64,000 nt of DNA. It comes from Eledone cirrhosa. Lineage: Eukaryota. Below the pieces are notes generated by a model. It was given only the letters and a program-made list of their open reading frames with translations. It searched no databases and was not told where the DNA came from. Below, one piece after another: positions 60,317-64,000 of this stretch. A program made the position numbers and the translations under genes. The stretch spans positions 5,952,001 through 6,016,000 of the forward strand of contig OZ024743.1 in the NCBI GenBank assembly GCA_964016885.1. Direction: 5' to 3'. Numbering within the stretch: the stretch's first letter is position 1; each line of letters opens with the position of its first letter.

Positions 60317-61465
60317 TATTTTGCTTCATATGCGGTGGTGGGCTGCGTAATATAGCGGGAGGTGTCAGTAAACTGAGTGCGTAACTTATTTATATTTATC
60401 GATTCCCATACGGAATTATTTTTCTTTCACGCGAAAAATCCAATGAGACGATTATAATCATCACAATGTCTTGTCCCATCCTTTCACTTTTCTACGCCCC
60501 CCCCCCCCCCCCTCTTACTCTGTCTGCCCGTCACACTTATATGTATATAGGAATGTAGGAGTGAAAAGGGGCGGCACCTCCTTGCCTTAAGTTGAGAGGA
60601 GTGGGGAGATAACTTATGTCATGCTTATAGTTTATTGCAAGCTCAAGGATAGACAAGGGTTAGAGGTAGCAAGGTAGATCTGCCAATCCACCACCATTCA
60701 TTGTACGACTAGAAATATAATTGACTTTTGAAACATTGGATTCAGTTATCCACATTGTAAGTATTGCAAAAAATCTCTAATTTCAACTCGTTCGTCTCCT
60801 TTATTGAACTTATTATCAGCATCTATCGCTTGATATTATTTATTTAAATGTGTTATCTTTTATGTTATTGTATCAGTAACTGAGTGTCTAAAAATGCAAA
60901 TCTTGCAACAACTGCTGTAACCAAATGTTTTCTTCTCACGCTTATTCTTGATATACGTATTTAAGCAATTTTACTCGTTTATATTGCAAGTATGTCTTAC
61001 AGTTTGATTTTGTTCATCGCATTCTTGACGGTTTGCTACACGGCCCATTTGGTATGTGTTTTCTATTTTTAAACTTGAAGTTTAACGATATGATCTATGA
61101 TTAGAGTATATGTTTTCACTAAAAATGCCTAACATATCGGTTTCTTTTGATTACGTTGTCATCAGCGATCTTAGGAAAATATAAACGTCAAAACGTAACT
61201 TCTCCCCAATAAATCAGTGGCCTATCACTTAACAAGAAATTAGGCAACATGGATTCCTCCACCCCTTTAACGTTTTAGAATGCCTTAAAACCGTCGTCAG
61301 ATTTTATGTTTAGGAAATTTAGCAAGTTTGAAAGCCACGACAATGCGGATTTGGACGGAAAATAATTAAACAGGAAACCGGGCTTTTTTTTACCTTAATT
61401 CCTTCATATGTCCTGATATTTAGAGATTAAAATCTCTTCTTCCGAGGAAAATAAACTACAAATTC

Positions 61466-61468
<3 letters not shown>

Positions 61469-61516
<48 letters not shown>
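61469..61516. repeat. (TA)n microsatellite
   Basis: Read directly. Confidence 0.95.
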
Positions 61517-61520
<4 letters not shown>

Positions 61521-61808
61521 TGTAGTTCCTGTCTGTTTGTTTGTTCATGAACTACTCCTATGGTTTTGGAGATAGACCCCCATAACCATCTATATTCTGA
61601 AACTACATTGCCCACGGTACTTGGATAAGTATATTTCATTTTAATCAAATAGTTCCCCGGCGGCACAAACCCCGCTGAAAATTTTTTCCCTACGATTTAT
61701 ATGAAATTTAAACCATAGGTAAATGACAAGATATGATGCCTATTCACAAAATTTCGGTAAATTTCAATAATATTAAGACACCCTAATGGGTGAAAATGTT
61801 GGCCAATA

Positions 61809-62130
61809 AATGGAACAAGATGTGTTGTAACAAGATTGCATGAGAACTTGATTGAAGCAACTATTATATTTGGGGCTTACAAAGGTCAAGCTCTTCTCAT
61901 TCCGAGGATACCACTTATACCAAGTGATAGTGAGTTGCCTTTTACATTTAAGAGGCTTCAGTTCCCAGTGAGGCCATGCTTTGCCATGAGCATCAATAAG
62001 AGTCAAGGTGAAACTTTCAAAACTATTGGTATCAATCTGACAAACCCATGTTTAAGTCAAGGCATATTTTATGTGGCTGTTTCAAGGACTGGAACTTCAA
62101 AAAATATCTACATTTTAGCCAATCAAGAAA
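61809..62130 (+). pseudogene. Helitron RepHel PIF1-type helicase C-terminal fragment
   Basis: NGTRCVVTRLHENLIEA...LIPRIPLIPSDSELPFTFKRLQFPVRPCFAMSINKSQG...YVAVSR, the C-terminal PIF1 helicase motifs; no N-terminal part. Confidence 0.9.
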
Positions 62131-62522
62131 TGTTGTTTACCCTCAAGTTCTTCATTAGGACAAAGTATGAAATATATTTTCATGTATTTATTATGTTAAA
62201 ACATAAATAATTAAACTTTGAATTTTTAATTTGAAAATAATGCTTTACACAAAAATGAAATGATCAAGTTTTGAATTGATATTTTGAAAAAAATTATTTA
62301 CAAGAAACAAAATAAGAATAAGATTTAATAATGTAATTTTGATTTGATATATGACAAAAAATAATGTTTTTCAATTTTTCATGCATTACATTTTACATTG
62401 AGTAATATTGAAATGCAGAGTTTTTCTCCATAAATTATATCAATGATTTAAAATCAATCATCATTTTCTTACAAAAAAAAAAAAAATGTGTGAAACGCAA
62501 CAAAGCGTGAGCAATTCGGCTA

Positions 62523-62523
<1 letters not shown>

Positions 62524-62552
<29 letters not shown>
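62524..62552. repeat. (TA)n microsatellite
   Basis: Read directly, immediately after the Helitron CTAG. Confidence 0.95.
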
Positions 62553-62556
<4 letters not shown>

Positions 62557-62755
62557 GTTTGTATTTATCGTTGTTGTGGCTATACACTATGACCACATAC
62601 ACCTCGTCGATTTCTTCATGTTGTAACACTTTTAACTTTGTGTTTACTCTGGACGAAAAATGTATAAACTTTTCGCACAATTGAGTGCTTTGTGACTGCC
62701 TCAAACAATTCGATTGGTATCTACCCTACACTGCAGCTAAAACTTCGATTTATAA

Positions 62756-62860
<105 letters not shown>

Positions 62861-62874
62861 AGTACGTAAAAATC

Positions 62875-62982
62875 ATCCTACCGAGGTTAACTTTGCCTTT
62901 CATCCTTACGGGGTCGATAAAATAAAGTACCAGTAATGTACTGGATAATTGCTGGCCTTGTGCCTAAAATAGAAACAATTAT
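62875..62982 (+). mobile_element. SINE family A copy
   Basis: CCGAGGTTAACTTTGCCTTTCATCCTTACGGGGTCGATAAAATAAAGTACCAG...AGAAACAATTAT. Confidence 0.85.
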
Positions 62983-63069
62983 AAGTATAACATTTCCAAA
63001 GTACATTATATAACTACTTTAAAAAAAATCAATAATAAAAGAATCCCAATGTTTTATAAATATTCTGTG

Positions 63070-63363
63070 TGGTAGATCCTTCGTCGGTTTCAGCGATGAG
63101 CATTCATTGTTCGATCAACTAAATGTCCCATCCATTAGATTAACGTGTATGTCACTCAGTATTCCACAAAACATATGTGTATTCATAACGGAATGCCTTA
63201 GCTGAATCTCTATATGTGGCAGTACTGGACCTTTGAGCCTCCACACATATTCCGCCAACCCAATTCCACTCAAGTTTGACGAAGACACTTGACCAAGATG
63301 CCTCGCTGAGTGATCGAACTCGCGACTCTATGACAGAAAAGCGAACTTCTTGCTATCCAGCCA
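63070..63363 (-). mobile_element. Degraded tRNA-derived SINE (family B)
   Basis: Minus strand begins TGGCTGGATAG (A-box-like) ... GAGTTCGATC (B-box) followed by GGCATCTTGGTCAAGTGTCTT; 3' boundary approximate. Confidence 0.6.
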
Positions 63364-63821
63364 CGAAACAAAAAACAATAACAAAATATACTACATCAAA
63401 TATCTCTGGCATGCCACACGTCATAAGAAATAATGCTATATTGTAGGAAGAAGTACATCCTTCATTCAATAGTTCCTACCTGTTTCGTGTTAATTCAATA
63501 TAATAGATTAAGCATAAAAACAAGGTTTGTCCGGTAAATGTATTCTTTAAAGAAACATCATCGTGATTTATTAAATACAGGAACAGGCACTTCGGCGCAT
63601 TGAGGTACAAGCTATGAGTAAATCTGAGTAATCTATCTTTGATTTGGTGTTGGAAATATGTTCAGGTATATCAATCACCAAAAATAATCTCCAACGTGGT
63701 TTGTTGGTTCTCCTTAGACCACTGATTTACGATGCAAGTTCGGTAATCAGAGTGAATAGCCTAAGGTTTGTCTTCATTGTCCAATTTCACTCTCAATATA
63801 TGTTAAATATTCTCTTGTAAA

Positions 63822-64000
63822 ATAATTTTTACTTTAGGCACAAGACCAGTAATTTGAAGGAGGGGAAAGTAGATTAAATCGAACCCATTGCATTACTGGT
63901 GCTTTATTTTATCGACCCCGTAAGGATGAAAGGCAAAGCCAACCTCGGCGGGATTTGAACTCGGAACATAAAGCACCATAACTCTATGCTACAAAGCATA
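63822..64000 (-). mobile_element. SINE family A, longer variant, runs off the window
   Basis: Family core plus roughly 30 extra bases (TTTGAAGGAGGGGAAAGTAGATTAAATCGA) between the two conserved blocks. Confidence 0.8.

Larger units (their letters stand above)
61464..62523 (+). mobile_element. Internally deleted Helitron
   Basis: (TA)n head then CTGTCTGTTTGTTTG as in the other copies; PIF1 fragment; 3' hairpin ACGCAACAAAGCGT and CTAG|T at 62520-62524. 5' boundary approximate. Confidence 0.8.

Noticed and set aside
61836-62210. Host PIF1 gene exon
   Set aside because: Lies between Helitron termini, lacks clear splice context and has substitutions in conserved motifs.
63290-63363. tRNA gene
   Set aside because: Only A/B-box remnants; no cloverleaf, continues into a SINE body.

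Overview
Eukaryotic (animal) genomic DNA; the repeat families suggest a mollusc, possibly a cephalopod such as Octopus (recognition from memory, unverified). Bases 1 to ~49,380 are one uninterrupted 21-bp satellite (CTGTATCCCCCACCATA[CT/TA]AA, roughly 2,350 units) with multi-kb higher-order duplications; all long ORFs there are by-products of the repeat. About 1 kb past the array is a terminal coding exon missed by the ORF track (50421-50626, +), encoding the C-terminus of succinate-semialdehyde dehydrogenase (ALDH5A1). No earlier exon is visible, so the satellite appears to fill the gene's last intron (>50 kb). On the sense strand the satellite is almost AG-free, alternates between TACTAAC (branch-point/STAR-protein consensus) and TATAAAC, and nearly every unit carries RTATCC, the core of the U12 donor. 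A 120-bp palindrome containing a CTCF-like motif lies at the array edge. Downstream are a 5'-truncated but open RTE LINE with a PHD finger inside its RT region, several SINE copies, non-autonomous Helitrons (one with a PIF1 helicase fragment), LTR-like segments, degraded RTE/CR1 fragments and microsatellites.
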